Shown here one piece after another: positions 1-8,491 of a stretch of 32,051 nt of DNA. The DNA is taken from NCBI GenBank assembly GCA_011773575.1, contig WVXJ01000137.1, positions 1-32,051 on the forward strand, read 5' to 3'. The DNA comes from Armatimonadota bacterium. Lineage in GTDB: Bacteria > Armatimonadota > Hebobacteria > Hebobacterales > WVXJ01. How positions within the stretch are numbered: position 1 is the stretch's first letter; the number at the start of each line of letters is the position of its first letter. A model generated the notes under the pieces. It saw nothing but the letters and a program-made list of their open reading frames with translations. It was not told the origin of the DNA and made no database searches. The translations under genes and the position numbers were made by a program.

Positions 1-556
1 CGGCATCACTCTGTGAGCGAGCAAGCTTCATCGCGTCCTCAATGTTGAAGTGGAACGAGTCACTCTTGTGGACCTTGAGAGTTCCATCTTCATAGAATCC
101 GACTAGGCTGACAGTACTATTGTGTTCAGCGTTGACCAGTGAATCACAAAAAGCCCTCAGTTTTAGCCCTTGCAGGGTGACTGCCTTGTTGTTGCCGGGT
201 TTGATCGGGAGCGAGAAGTCGTCGCCTCTTTCCGGATACGCGTTGTAAGGTGAATCTTCTGGATATGGTGCACCGTCTGGCAGGTATATCCCGGCACTGA
301 CTACTTGCACAGGAACGTTGCCATGGTTGACGGCTATTAGGTGCAGACCGTCCCGGTATTGAGAACCTCCTTCGAGAGTAACGCGGCCGAGGACCAGCTT
401 CACCTCGAGTCGCCTTGCTCCGTAGTACCACTGCAGATAGAGACCACAAAGGGCTATCAAGATCAAGAGTACCCCACCGCCCACGATCTTGCCCCACCAG
501 TCTCGGGCAGTACGTTGCTCTGTGACAGGTTGCTTCGTCTTAGCTCGTTTCGTCAT
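1..556 (-). CDS. Hypothetical protein with an N-terminal membrane anchor. Partial: the 3' end runs off the left edge, so only the first ~185 codons are present.
   Basis: Absent from the ORF track because no stop codon lies inside the window. The reverse-strand ATG at 556..554 opens a stop-free frame down to position 1: MTKRAKTKQPVTEQRTARDWWGKIVGGGVLLILIALCGLYLQWYYGARRLEVKLVLGRVTLEGGSQYRDGLHLIAVNHGN... It has a basic N-terminus followed by one hydrophobic helix. About 185 stop-free codons in ~50% GC DNA is unlikely by chance. No family recognised. Confidence 0.6.
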   Translation of the reverse strand, partial: MTKRAKTKQPVTEQRTARDWWGKIVGGGVLLILIALCGLYLQWYYGARRLEVKLVLGRVTLEGGSQYRDGLHLIAVNHGNVPVQVVSAGIYLPDGAPYPEDSPYNAYPERGDDFSLPIKPGNNKAVTLQGLKLRAFCDSLVNAEHNSTVSLVGFYEDGTLKVHKSDSFHFNIEDAMKLARSQSDA

Positions 557-679
557 GACGATTCCAGAGGAAGTTTCTTGGTCTAGTCTACTTTCTATTC
601 CTACTAATCACACCCCTGCTGTCCTGCCAAAAATGTCGTTTGGCAAAAATGTAACCCAAATTAGATCCTAAGTATCGTC

Positions 680-1039
680 CTAATGCTTGGATTTCTTGGC
701 GCGATCAATCAGGCCGGAAAGCATTTTGGAGATTTCTTCTAGCTCGGCTCTTAATTCAATACAAGTTTGATCATTTATTAGTCTCTTGCGGCGGCACAAT
801 TCGATGAGTGGGACGCACTCATGTATGGAGCCTCTGGCAATCCCAAAGAAGTTTTTCCTATCCGCCTGTGTCCAACGGCCATTGCCTTCCGCGATATTCA
901 ATGATATGGAAAGGCTGGCGCGGTTTAGCTGATCGGCAAGATACCAGCAACCGCGTGGGAAGTCAGAAGTGAAGTTAGACATGTGTTCAGCAAAATTGAG
1001 GGCTTTCTGATATACGGCAAGTTTCTCGAAAAGGAACAA
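680..1039 (-). CDS. Four-helix-bundle protein (23S rRNA intervening-sequence protein family)
   Basis: TTG start at 1039, preceded by a G-run SD-like element. The sequence FEKLAVYQKALNF...QLNRASLSISLNIAEGNGRW...FFGIARGSIHEC...ISKMLSGLI carries the family hallmark RAxxSIxxNIAEGxGR ... ARGSxxE. The gene is about 45% GC by eye, against more than 60% for most of the window. Confidence 0.85.
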   Translation of the reverse strand: MFLFEKLAVYQKALNFAEHMSNFTSDFPRGCWYLADQLNRASLSISLNIAEGNGRWTQADRKNFFGIARGSIHECVPLIELCRRKRLINDQTCIELRAELEEISKMLSGLIDRAKKSKH

Positions 1040-1167
1040 GTTCCCCCCCTAAAAGATGAAATTAGAAAGCAGAAACTAGACCGAGAGGTAACGCTGAGAG
1101 ATGCAGTTAGCGTTTATCTTCGGCAGTTAGTTCTTCCGAATCTACCTTTCAACTCTCTCACCTCTCT

Positions 1168-1200
1168 CCACCAGCCATAGCCTTCGGCGACGGCTGGTGG
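1168..1200. repeat. Inverted repeat: 9-bp arms ccaccagcc / ggctggtgg around a 15-nt spacer that contains a gcc/ggc mini-stem
   Basis: Read directly from the sequence. It lies in the 435-bp non-coding gap between the four-helix-bundle gene and the 3' end of the glucan operon. There is no flanking T/A run, so it is not a canonical intrinsic terminator. Confidence 0.5.
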
Positions 1201-1474
1201 AGGAAAGCATCCTGGCATCGAAACTGCGGGCCATCGGACGAGTCAGTAGATTTCGATATCAGAGCGTTCTGGTCGTGGTTCACCATGCAGTCATCACCTA
1301 TGCTACGGTGGTGATTAAGATTTTGCCGCAACAGCTGCCGGCGAAATCGCTCGGTGAGTCGGTGTACGCTTTCGCCAGGTGTGTCGCGATCTCGCTGCCC
1401 GAGTCCGGGTCGGCAGAGGGCGGCAAACCGGACGGCTGAGTGCCTCTCCCGGGCAGATGCCTCTTGCGGGGGTT

Positions 1475-3463
1475 TTACGGTCCGGCCTGCGCTAGTGCGC
1501 CCTCGAAATCAATGCTCATCTTGGTATGCCAGGGTTCGTGGGGTCCGAGGCGCAGGCGCCAGTGGGCCGTCACTGAGCTTCCCTGGTAGGCGCGCGTCGG
1601 ACCCTCCAGCCCCTGAGAGACTGTGAGAAGCGGGAAAGTCCAGATCTCTGTCGCCTCAGGGAAGCGCAGCGTGGCGCGACACCCCAGCCATTCGTCGACG
1701 AGAGCAACAGCATTCGTGCCGTCCCGGACCTCCATGCTGTCCAGCGGCGGCATGTTACCGCTTCCGTTGAAACGATAGTAGCGGCCCTCGGCAGATCCCG
1801 CAGAGAACACGAAGTTGCTCTCGCACCCGAACCAGAGCGGCAGAGGTCCGGAGGCCGCGTGCATCACCTCGTACTCGATGTCGATGCGCGGCGACTCCTC
1901 GACGAGGCGCAGCCGCTTTGTGACCGTCACGGGCTGGAACTCGCCCTCCGCCCAGGCCCCGCCCTCGCGGCGCAACACGATCTCGGCGGCACCTTCTCGC
2001 TTTGCCGTCTCTATCTGGTAGGGCTGGTTGACGAAGTCCCCCTGCTCGCCGTATTCGCACATGGCGAAACTGTCGAGGGTCGTGTCATCTCGGAAGAAGT
2101 GATCAATCAGCGCTCGCCTAGAGTACCAGTCGTAGCGGAGCGGGAGCAACTGCCGGCCCTGCTCCGAATCGGCAAGCCTTTCGTGGTAGCGCTCAGACCG
2201 GCGTCCCATAGTCGCCAGGAAGTTCCATCGTACCTGACGGTGGTCGAGTTCGAACGCCTGGCCGCCGATCCGGTGGAGATAGCAGTTTATGTGAGGAGTG
2301 CTCACCAGTACCTCTTCCTGACCGTCTCCGTCGTGGTCGCGCGAGCGAACGCGGACAGCGTCTATGGGCTCGCTGATGTTCTCCGCAGAGATGAGGTTCC
2401 GATAGGCGTCCAGGCGCAGGTGCAGCAGGTAGAGGCCGCCGAAGACACCGTGCCAGTAGGGGCAGTTGGCCTGCCCGCGGTAGAGGTGATCGCGCGCGTG
2501 CTGCAGCTCCTCTCCCGTCCCAGACATCTCGGCCACCTCGTCACTGACTTGAAGCATCTTGCGGTATATCAGGTTGCTCTCCGGATAGCGATCGAGAAAA
2601 TGACGCCAGGAGCCGCCCGACCACTCCATCATCTCCGGGTAGGAGCCGGGCGGGATATCCACCCGGCCCAGCGGGGGCTCCTTGTCCATGAAGTCGGCGA
2701 GCGTGGTCGTCTCCATCCAGTCGCGATTCTGCGCCAGCAGGTCAAAGAAGCGGTCTAGCCAACGCTCTTCATAGACGAGGCTGTGGGTGCCGGGCCATTC
2801 GCCGAACTTCTCCCCATCGTCGGCGAAGACGACTAGAGGAGTGCCGCCTACCTCCGCCAGCCAGCGAAGATGGTCGAGAACCTGCTCCGGCGGCTGGAAA
2901 GGAATGGAGCGGCGCACGACCGCATTGATGGGGAAAACGCTGATCGTCTCTCTCTCCGGCCCATGGGCGGTGAAGTAGCCGAGGCTCTGCCTCTCGGCGA
3001 GTCCGGCAAGTTGGAAGTTGTTGTCATCCACAATGGTGTAGTCGACGTCGGCGCGGCGAAGCGCCGGAATGAGCTCTGGTTGCCAAACTCGCTCCGGGAG
3101 CCACAAACCCCTGGGTTCCGCCTCGAAGTGCTCCCGGAGGTAGCGGGTTAGGGAACGCACCTGACCGACTTTGTCTCTGTCCGGAATGATAGGAAATATG
3201 GGCTCGTAGAGGCCCCCGGTCATCAGCTCCACACGCCCTTCGGAGACGAGCTCCCCTATGGTGCCGAAGATTGCAGGTCGGTGCTCTTCGAGCCACTTGA
3301 GGATGCCCCCGGAGTAGTGCAGCACGGCCTTGACCTCATGATGCCGCCGAAGTACCTCCAGGAAGGGGCGATAGGCCCGGTCGTAGATTTTCTCGAAAAC
3401 GAACTGCAGGTTGCCGGGAGGCTGGTGGTTGTGTACTACGAATGCGACGTGAATCCGAACCAT
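1475..3463 (-). CDS. GH57 family 4-alpha-glucanotransferase-like enzyme (Thermococcus litoralis TLGT type, with a C-terminal beta-domain)
   Basis: All GH57 signature regions are present: VVHNHQPPGN, GGLYEPIFP, GLWLPERVWQPEL (nucleophile Glu), VVFADDGEKFGEWPG (acid/base Asp) and CPYWHGVFGGLYLLHLR. At 662 aa it is collinear, including the GDFVNQPY C-terminal region, with the 659-aa T. litoralis enzyme as I remember it. It is the last gene of the operon. Confidence 0.88.
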   Translation of the reverse strand: MVRIHVAFVVHNHQPPGNLQFVFEKIYDRAYRPFLEVLRRHHEVKAVLHYSGGILKWLEEHRPAIFGTIGELVSEGRVELMTGGLYEPIFPIIPDRDKVGQVRSLTRYLREHFEAEPRGLWLPERVWQPELIPALRRADVDYTIVDDNNFQLAGLAERQSLGYFTAHGPERETISVFPINAVVRRSIPFQPPEQVLDHLRWLAEVGGTPLVVFADDGEKFGEWPGTHSLVYEERWLDRFFDLLAQNRDWMETTTLADFMDKEPPLGRVDIPPGSYPEMMEWSGGSWRHFLDRYPESNLIYRKMLQVSDEVAEMSGTGEELQHARDHLYRGQANCPYWHGVFGGLYLLHLRLDAYRNLISAENISEPIDAVRVRSRDHDGDGQEEVLVSTPHINCYLHRIGGQAFELDHRQVRWNFLATMGRRSERYHERLADSEQGRQLLPLRYDWYSRRALIDHFFRDDTTLDSFAMCEYGEQGDFVNQPYQIETAKREGAAEIVLRREGGAWAEGEFQPVTVTKRLRLVEESPRIDIEYEVMHAASGPLPLWFGCESNFVFSAGSAEGRYYRFNGSGNMPPLDSMEVRDGTNAVALVDEWLGCRATLRFPEATEIWTFPLLTVSQGLEGPTRAYQGSSVTAHWRLRLGPHEPWHTKMSIDFEGALAQAGP

Positions 3464-3490
3464 TTCAGCACTCTTTCCGAAGCCGGGATC

Positions 3491-4774
3491 TCACCCCGCC
3501 GTTGCCGCCGAGGCCGGGGGCGACTCGGTGTCGGCTCCGACGATCGGAAGCGGACTGCCGCCTTCTCGAGCAAGACGCTGAGAAAGCATGTCTATGAACC
3601 TCTGATAGACCCGCCTCATCTCTGCCAGCAGGCGCACGTGTCCAAGATGCCACCACTCGTCGGCGGTAAAGTAAGCCGACACCTCTGCCTCGGCACTGAA
3701 TTCTTCATACCACTGTAACAGGTGCAGGTTGTCCGACTGGGATAGCCACAGGGCGATGTCGAGTAGTTCGGGGTCTCCGGAGAGGACGGCCAGGTTGTAG
3801 GCGTGCCGCATGAGATGGAAGAGGTCCTGCTGAACAGAGTTGCCCAGGAAGCAGGACATATCGCCTCTGCCCGCCCAAGTGGTGGGTGAGGCGGGTATGT
3901 CGATCGAATGCACGTGGCCGCCATACCGATCCAGCGCTTCGCTGGCGGTAAGGGTCGTGACACCATGATGGTCGAGCTCGCCTGGCAGCCACCGGAGGAA
4001 CTCGAAGATGCCGCTGTCGAGGCGGTGGTGTTCGCCGAAGGTCTCGAAGTCCCACCCCAGAACGGCAAACTCTCCGCCAGTGTCGCGGATCCAGCGCGCA
4101 TAGTCGCTCGCCTTCAGCGGGTAGCCTTCCCAATCCTTATTGGAGAAGCGGTATCCGACGTCATCGCTCAACCTGTTATGGCGCGGGAGGATGCGGAGAT
4201 GGTGGTCCGTCTGCACGTAAGTGTGGGTCGGCTCACGCCATTCGAGCAGCTGGCGACCTTCCGCGAAGACTCCCCGGAACCCCAACGATTCGACGGCCGC
4301 GTAGATTTCCGGGCTGAGGATCATCTCGGTAGTGTCCGTTACCTGCACCGGCTTACCAAAAAGATCCGTGAGCGCCTCCCTCATCCACGCCATGCGGCGC
4401 CGGAAATGCTCGAGGTTTAGCCAGAAAAGGAACGAGTGATATGGCTCGACGCCGATGACCTCCAAATTGGGTCGGGACACAAGGCGGCGGAGCTTGTCGA
4501 GCAGCTCTGGATCCCATGCCTCGGCCTGGCGCAGGAACGAAGAGGAGAAAGCGATGTTGATCTTGAGCCCTCGGTCGAGGTGACCGAGGAAATCGTCAAC
4601 CGCGGGATGGTAGCACCAGCGGGCGACTTTGCGGAAGTAACGTCGATTCAGCGTCTCGTCGAAAATCGCGGCCGACAGCTCTTGTGCTGAGGCGCGCGCA
4701 GGCAGTGGTGCAGCTGGCAGCAGCGGGCGTCGAGGCTGGTGAACGACGAGGTAGATGACCGCGTGTTCCGGCAT
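3491..4774 (-). CDS. GH57 family protein, short AmyC-like type, catalytic signatures intact
   Basis: The start was moved to the ATG at 4774 (MPEHAVIYLVVHQPRR). This places the HQP motif about 10 residues from the N-terminus, as in its neighbours, and the ATG lies 1 nt after the stop of the upstream micro-ORF. Motifs: VVHQP, VTDTTEMILSPEIY (aligns with TLGT TERVWQPEL, Glu kept) and GWDFETFGEHH (Asp/Glu kept). Confidence 0.8.
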   Translation of the reverse strand: MPEHAVIYLVVHQPRRPLLPAAPLPARASAQELSAAIFDETLNRRYFRKVARWCYHPAVDDFLGHLDRGLKINIAFSSSFLRQAEAWDPELLDKLRRLVSRPNLEVIGVEPYHSFLFWLNLEHFRRRMAWMREALTDLFGKPVQVTDTTEMILSPEIYAAVESLGFRGVFAEGRQLLEWREPTHTYVQTDHHLRILPRHNRLSDDVGYRFSNKDWEGYPLKASDYARWIRDTGGEFAVLGWDFETFGEHHRLDSGIFEFLRWLPGELDHHGVTTLTASEALDRYGGHVHSIDIPASPTTWAGRGDMSCFLGNSVQQDLFHLMRHAYNLAVLSGDPELLDIALWLSQSDNLHLLQWYEEFSAEAEVSAYFTADEWWHLGHVRLLAEMRRVYQRFIDMLSQRLAREGGSPLPIVGADTESPPASAATAG

Positions 4775-4775
4775 A

Positions 4776-4910
4776 TCATCCGTGTCCAATCGCCTGGGGG
4801 ACATGCGACCGCCACTCGAGCCGACAGTCGGCGCACTTGAGAGATCCCAGGACGGTATAGTAGCTCGTGTAGCCGGTGCTCGTGTCGCTCTCGCAGAACC
4901 AGCACTTCAT
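4776..4910 (-). CDS. 44-aa zinc-ribbon micro-protein (CxxC...19...CxxC) embedded in the glucan operon
   Basis: This is an internal Met of track ORF 4776..5060. The ATG at 4910 is preceded by GGAGGAAG with a 5-nt spacer. It lies 20 nt downstream of the preceding stop, and its TGA (4778..4776) sits 1 nt before the next ATG (4774). Sequence: MKCWFCESDTSTGYTSYYTVLGSLKCADCRLEWRSHVPQAIGHG. Third-position GC is about 80% by hand count, like the flanking genes. Confidence 0.65.
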   Translation of the reverse strand: MKCWFCESDTSTGYTSYYTVLGSLKCADCRLEWRSHVPQAIGHG

Positions 4911-4930
4911 CGTGTCTTCCTCCGATGTTA

Positions 4931-6130
4931 CTAGATGATCGTGGCAATGCCCGTTTCGGCAGTCGCCTGCCGGTAGGAGTGGAGCAGTTGTCCCGAAATG
5001 GTAGGCCAGCCGAAGGCGTCTTCCACCGCTCTGCGGCCGTTCGCGCCCAGCAAGCGGCATCGTTCGAAATCCTCAAATAGCGAAAGCACACCCGATGCCA
5101 GACCGGCAGATGTGTCCTCCGTCACGCAGCCGGTCACATCGTGCCAGACGAAGGCGGCCGCGGCGTTTCCCCGCGCTATAACGACCGGCTTGGCAGCGGC
5201 CCAGGCATTGAGGCAAGGGGAGACCAGCGACCGGGTGCGCTGTGGCAGACAGATCACATCGCTGGCCTGGCAGAGCTGGGCAAGATCTCTGTCGGAGACT
5301 TCTCCCGTCAGGCGGACAGCCTGTTCTATATTCAGCACGCGCGTCCTATCGGTTAGGAACTCGATCATTTCTCCATCGCCGGCGAAGATGACCTTGGCGT
5401 TCGGATGTTTCTCCAGTACCAGCGGCATGGCTTCTAGCAGAAGGCCCGGTCGCGCCTCCGGCGTCAGATGCCCGCTGGCGAGCACGACCGGATCGAAGGT
5501 TTTGCAGCCCAGGGCGGCCTTCACCTGAGCCGGGTCAATAGGCGGCCCCGGCCAGTTCGGATCGATGCCCGGATACAAGATCTCGACGCGCCCCCACGGC
5601 AGGCCCCAGTGGGCGAGGAAGGACCGCTTGAGATCTTCCTCCGGCGCGAAGATCCGGTCCGCGAAATCGTCCGGGTGGTAGCTCCAGGTTGGCTCGAGAT
5701 TCGGCCTATCGAGCATCCAGACCGGAGGTTCCCATCCGTGGTCCGGTCGAGAGAAGGACCATGCTGTGGTGTGCTCGCCGGTACGACGCAGCTCGCCCAA
5801 TATGGCGGCCGTCGGCCACTCGAACCCGTGCACGACGGCGAATCGTTCGCCTTCCTCGGCGCGGCGGAGTCGAGCGAGCACCGCGCTGGTGAAGTTGCGT
5901 GTCTCCTCGCTGGGGTTGGGGTCTGCGTCGTGAGCACAGCGATGGTAGTGCACTCCGTCGAAATGGCCCTCTGCGGCCTGGCGAGGTCCGCAGGCAGTGA
6001 AGACGTGCACTTCGTGCCCGGCGACGACCAAGGCGCGCGCTGTCTCGCTGGCTATGATCGCCGCATCCGTCCACGCTGGTCCGTGCAGAGTCTCCCAGGA
6101 CAGGATGGCTATCTTCACGCGCTTACTCAT
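4931..6130 (-). CDS. GT4/GT-B glycosyltransferase-like protein with degenerate catalytic motifs (probable pseudo-glycosyltransferase)
   Basis: The start was moved to MSKRVKIAILSWETLHG at 6130, an ATGA overlap with the upstream stop. It aligns along its whole length with the GT at 7334..8491. However, IPSRNEPFGIVVLEAWAAGKPVV (the EX7E motif) is replaced by LPQRTRSLVSPCLNAWAAAKPVV. GRMVYQKGPD becomes GHLTPEARPG, the N-terminal SIAVGGMSAHV becomes GPAWTDAAIIA, and SGGPGEYV becomes GNAAAAFV. Confidence 0.75.
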   Translation of the reverse strand: MSKRVKIAILSWETLHGPAWTDAAIIASETARALVVAGHEVHVFTACGPRQAAEGHFDGVHYHRCAHDADPNPSEETRNFTSAVLARLRRAEEGERFAVVHGFEWPTAAILGELRRTGEHTTAWSFSRPDHGWEPPVWMLDRPNLEPTWSYHPDDFADRIFAPEEDLKRSFLAHWGLPWGRVEILYPGIDPNWPGPPIDPAQVKAALGCKTFDPVVLASGHLTPEARPGLLLEAMPLVLEKHPNAKVIFAGDGEMIEFLTDRTRVLNIEQAVRLTGEVSDRDLAQLCQASDVICLPQRTRSLVSPCLNAWAAAKPVVIARGNAAAAFVWHDVTGCVTEDTSAGLASGVLSLFEDFERCRLLGANGRRAVEDAFGWPTISGQLLHSYRQATAETGIATII

Positions 6131-7332
6131 TTCTCGGGAGCACCAAGGACCTGACGCGCGCGCTGCAACTTCTGCTTCGCCGACTCCACCAGCTCGCGAG
6201 CCTTCGGCGTCCAGGTGTCGCCCCAGAAGAAATAGCATGACGTTTCGGCACGCAGGATATCTTCGTGCGCCGAGCGCACGAGTTCTTCCGGCTCGCCGGC
6301 TCGCCGGCTTTCGGCCGGAAGAGAGTCGAGGTGGTGCCGCAGGTAGCGGTAGTCCTGACTCGCGTGCCACACTTCCTTGAGAACGGCCTTCTGAGTCGGG
6401 CTACCGGCCCACTGTGCGAAGTCGAATCCGCCGGTCATACCCACGTTCCAGGCCCCGGTGCGCACCTCGGCGGTGTGGTGCGCCGGATGCTCTGACAGAT
6501 AGCGGCTGATGAGAGTGGGGCGAAGCAGGTAGGCGCCTCGGTGGATGCTTTCCATATAGGGCGCATAGAAGTGGCCCCAGAAGCCCGCCTCCTCTGCGGT
6601 CTGCCGGAACCACCCCCCGTTCTCGCCGTCTGACCACGTTGTCAGCAGCGCCGGGCGCTTGATCCGCGTGCTCCAATGTTGGACCTGTCCGACCAGCCAG
6701 CCGGGGTCCAACCCGCTCTCTTGGGCATTGGAGATGTCGCGGTGGCGCGGCACGACGGTGATCTCGACCTCGCCTCGTCGAGCCAGATACGGGTGGACCG
6801 CCGCGTCCTCCTCTCCCAGCGATTCCTCCTCAGGACTCACGTGGACGTGGTCGACGACTACGTACTCGAACCCGGCCTTCACGAGCGCCGGGATCATGTC
6901 CATCGAGAAGGCCATCTCCGGCGGCCAGAAGCCGCGCGGACGCCGCCCGAAGATCTCCACCATCATATCGACGGAGCGCTGCATGTGCTCCTCCCAGTCC
7001 GGGGTGGGGATGAGGGGGAAGACTGGATGGAAGTAGCCGGTCGAGAGTAGCTCTATGTTCTCCGCCTCCGCATAGCCGGCGAGCATCTCTTCGATGTCCA
7101 CCACATCGCGATAGAGGCCCTTGACCGTTGGATCGAGAAACTGCTCCAGCAAAATGCCGGAGAAGTCGACGTGGAAGCATCCGTGGTCGCGGTAGGCCTG
7201 CGCGTACATGATGGGCCGCTGGTAGCAGAGCATGATCTGCCGGGCCTCCCACTCGTCGGTGTGCCAGAGCAGCTCGAGGTTGCCCGGTGGCTGATGCATG
7301 TGGAACCCGAGGGCGTGACCGATGTCTGGCAT
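6127..7332 (-). CDS. GH57 family protein (~400 aa), catalytic signatures intact
   Basis: The start was moved to MPDIGHALGFHMHQPPGN at 7332, 1 nt after the upstream stop. Motifs: HMHQPPGN, STGYFHPVFPLIP, RGFWPPEMAFSMDMIP (Glu) and TTWSDGENGGWF (Asp). Confidence 0.82.
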   Translation of the reverse strand: MPDIGHALGFHMHQPPGNLELLWHTDEWEARQIMLCYQRPIMYAQAYRDHGCFHVDFSGILLEQFLDPTVKGLYRDVVDIEEMLAGYAEAENIELLSTGYFHPVFPLIPTPDWEEHMQRSVDMMVEIFGRRPRGFWPPEMAFSMDMIPALVKAGFEYVVVDHVHVSPEEESLGEEDAAVHPYLARRGEVEITVVPRHRDISNAQESGLDPGWLVGQVQHWSTRIKRPALLTTWSDGENGGWFRQTAEEAGFWGHFYAPYMESIHRGAYLLRPTLISRYLSEHPAHHTAEVRTGAWNVGMTGGFDFAQWAGSPTQKAVLKEVWHASQDYRYLRHHLDSLPAESRRAGEPEELVRSAHEDILRAETSCYFFWGDTWTPKARELVESAKQKLQRARQVLGAPEK

Positions 7333-7333
7333 C

Positions 7334-8491
7334 TCAGTTCCAATAGGCCCAGATCGTACGGTCCGCGATCGTATCCCAGTTGAAAACGGTCTCCACAGCG
7401 ATCCGGCCGTTGTGGCCCATCCAGCGAGCATGGTCCCAGTTGTGCATGATCGTTCCCAGGCCCCAGGCTATCGACTCGGGGTGTTGGTAGACCATGTAGC
7501 CATTTACATCGTGCCAGACGTACTCGCCCGGACCGCCGCTGTGCGTCACCACTACCGGCTTTCCGGCAGCCCACGCCTCCAGCACGACGATCCCGAAGGG
7601 CTCGTTGCGTGAGGGGATGCAGACAACGTCGCAGGCGTTGTATAAATTGATCACCTCGTCCTCGGGGACGTATCCGAGGAAACGGCAGACGCCGGCCGCC
7701 CCATTGCCGTTGGCGATCTCCTCGACATACTGACGCATGTCGCCGTCTCCCACGAAGATGAACTTCGCGTTACCGTAACTGTTGAGCACCTTCGGTACTG
7801 CCTCCATCAGGATGTCGGGTCCCTTCTGGTAAACCATTCGGCCGGCGAACAGTACCACCGGGTCCAAGGGCCCGAATCCATAGCGGCCCTTCACCTCGCC
7901 CGGGTTTAGCCAGCGCCCGTATTTATGCGGGCTGACCGCGTTGTGGACCACGCGAATCTTGTCGGAAGGCACCTCGTACATCCACTGAATCTCGCCCTGC
8001 ACCGACCCCGAAACCGCGAGGACCCGGTCAGCCCCCCACGCTGTTCCTCGCTCGATGCCGCGAATGCGCTCCGAATTGCCGCCCCAGAACTGATTCCCGC
8101 AGCGGCCGTATTCGGTCGCGTGCACGGTCCAGGCTGTTCGCCGCCCGCGGCCCTCCTTGATCCAGCTGAGGGCGGGGCCTGTGAGCCAGTCGTGACCGTG
8201 CACGAGGTCGAACGGGCCGATGTAGTCTTCCGTCTGAAAGACGTGATGGACCAGGGATCGCGAGAAGTTGTGTATCTCGCTGGAGAAGTCGGGATCGAGG
8301 TCGAACGGGCACCTGTGATAGTGGACGCCGTCGATCTGTTCGTAGTACGGCTGGTTTTCACCCATGCGGGTGAAAACATGGACCTCGTGTCCCTTGCGCT
8401 CAATCGCCGCAGCCAGCTCCGTGACGTGGGCGGACATGCCGCCCACCGCAATCGAATGCAGGGACTCCCACGTCAGCATTGCCAGTTTCAT
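7334..8491 (-). CDS. GT4 alpha-glucosyltransferase / glycogen-synthase-like enzyme (Rv3032-like), catalytic motifs intact
   Basis: The start was moved to MKLAMLTWESLHSIAVGGMSAHV at 8491, an ATGA overlap with the upstream gene. Motifs: HGHDW, VHATEYGR, GRMVYQKG, the EX7E motif in PSRNEPFGIVVLEAWAAG, and THSGGPGEYV. Confidence 0.85.
   Translation of the reverse strand: MKLAMLTWESLHSIAVGGMSAHVTELAAAIERKGHEVHVFTRMGENQPYYEQIDGVHYHRCPFDLDPDFSSEIHNFSRSLVHHVFQTEDYIGPFDLVHGHDWLTGPALSWIKEGRGRRTAWTVHATEYGRCGNQFWGGNSERIRGIERGTAWGADRVLAVSGSVQGEIQWMYEVPSDKIRVVHNAVSPHKYGRWLNPGEVKGRYGFGPLDPVVLFAGRMVYQKGPDILMEAVPKVLNSYGNAKFIFVGDGDMRQYVEEIANGNGAAGVCRFLGYVPEDEVINLYNACDVVCIPSRNEPFGIVVLEAWAAGKPVVVTHSGGPGEYVWHDVNGYMVYQHPESIAWGLGTIMHNWDHARWMGHNGRIAVETVFNWDTIADRTIWAYWN

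Noticed and set aside
1168-1200. The inverted repeat considered as the intrinsic terminator of the glucan operon or of the four-helix-bundle gene.
   Set aside because: There is no U/T tract on either strand, and it lies 275 bp beyond the operon stop. It is retained only as a repeat feature.
1859-2758. Long antisense or alternative-frame ORFs inside well-supported genes. Examples: 1859..2758 +, 3908..4420 +, 5468..6154 +, 7925..8545 +, 8719..9663 +, 13275..14477 +, 16702..17367 -, 16892..17569 -, 21596..22120 +, 22688..23455 +, 24315..25109 +, 25116..25862 +, 28887..29771 +.
   Set aside because: These are typical shadow ORFs of high-GC DNA. Their translations are Arg/Pro/Ala/Gly-rich without recognisable motifs. 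Each overlaps a gene whose product has unambiguous family signatures on the other strand or in another frame.
4931-6370. N-terminal extensions proposed by the ORF track for several genes: 4931..6370, 6127..7431, 7334..8596, 3491..4804, 26842..27789, 27856..28278, 16901..18694, 16073..16351 and 13359..14540.
   Set aside because: The extensions are Arg/Pro/Ser-rich and non-homologous, and they overlap the upstream gene. In each case an internal ATG gives the canonical family N-terminus together with an SD and/or an ATGA-type coupling to the preceding stop.
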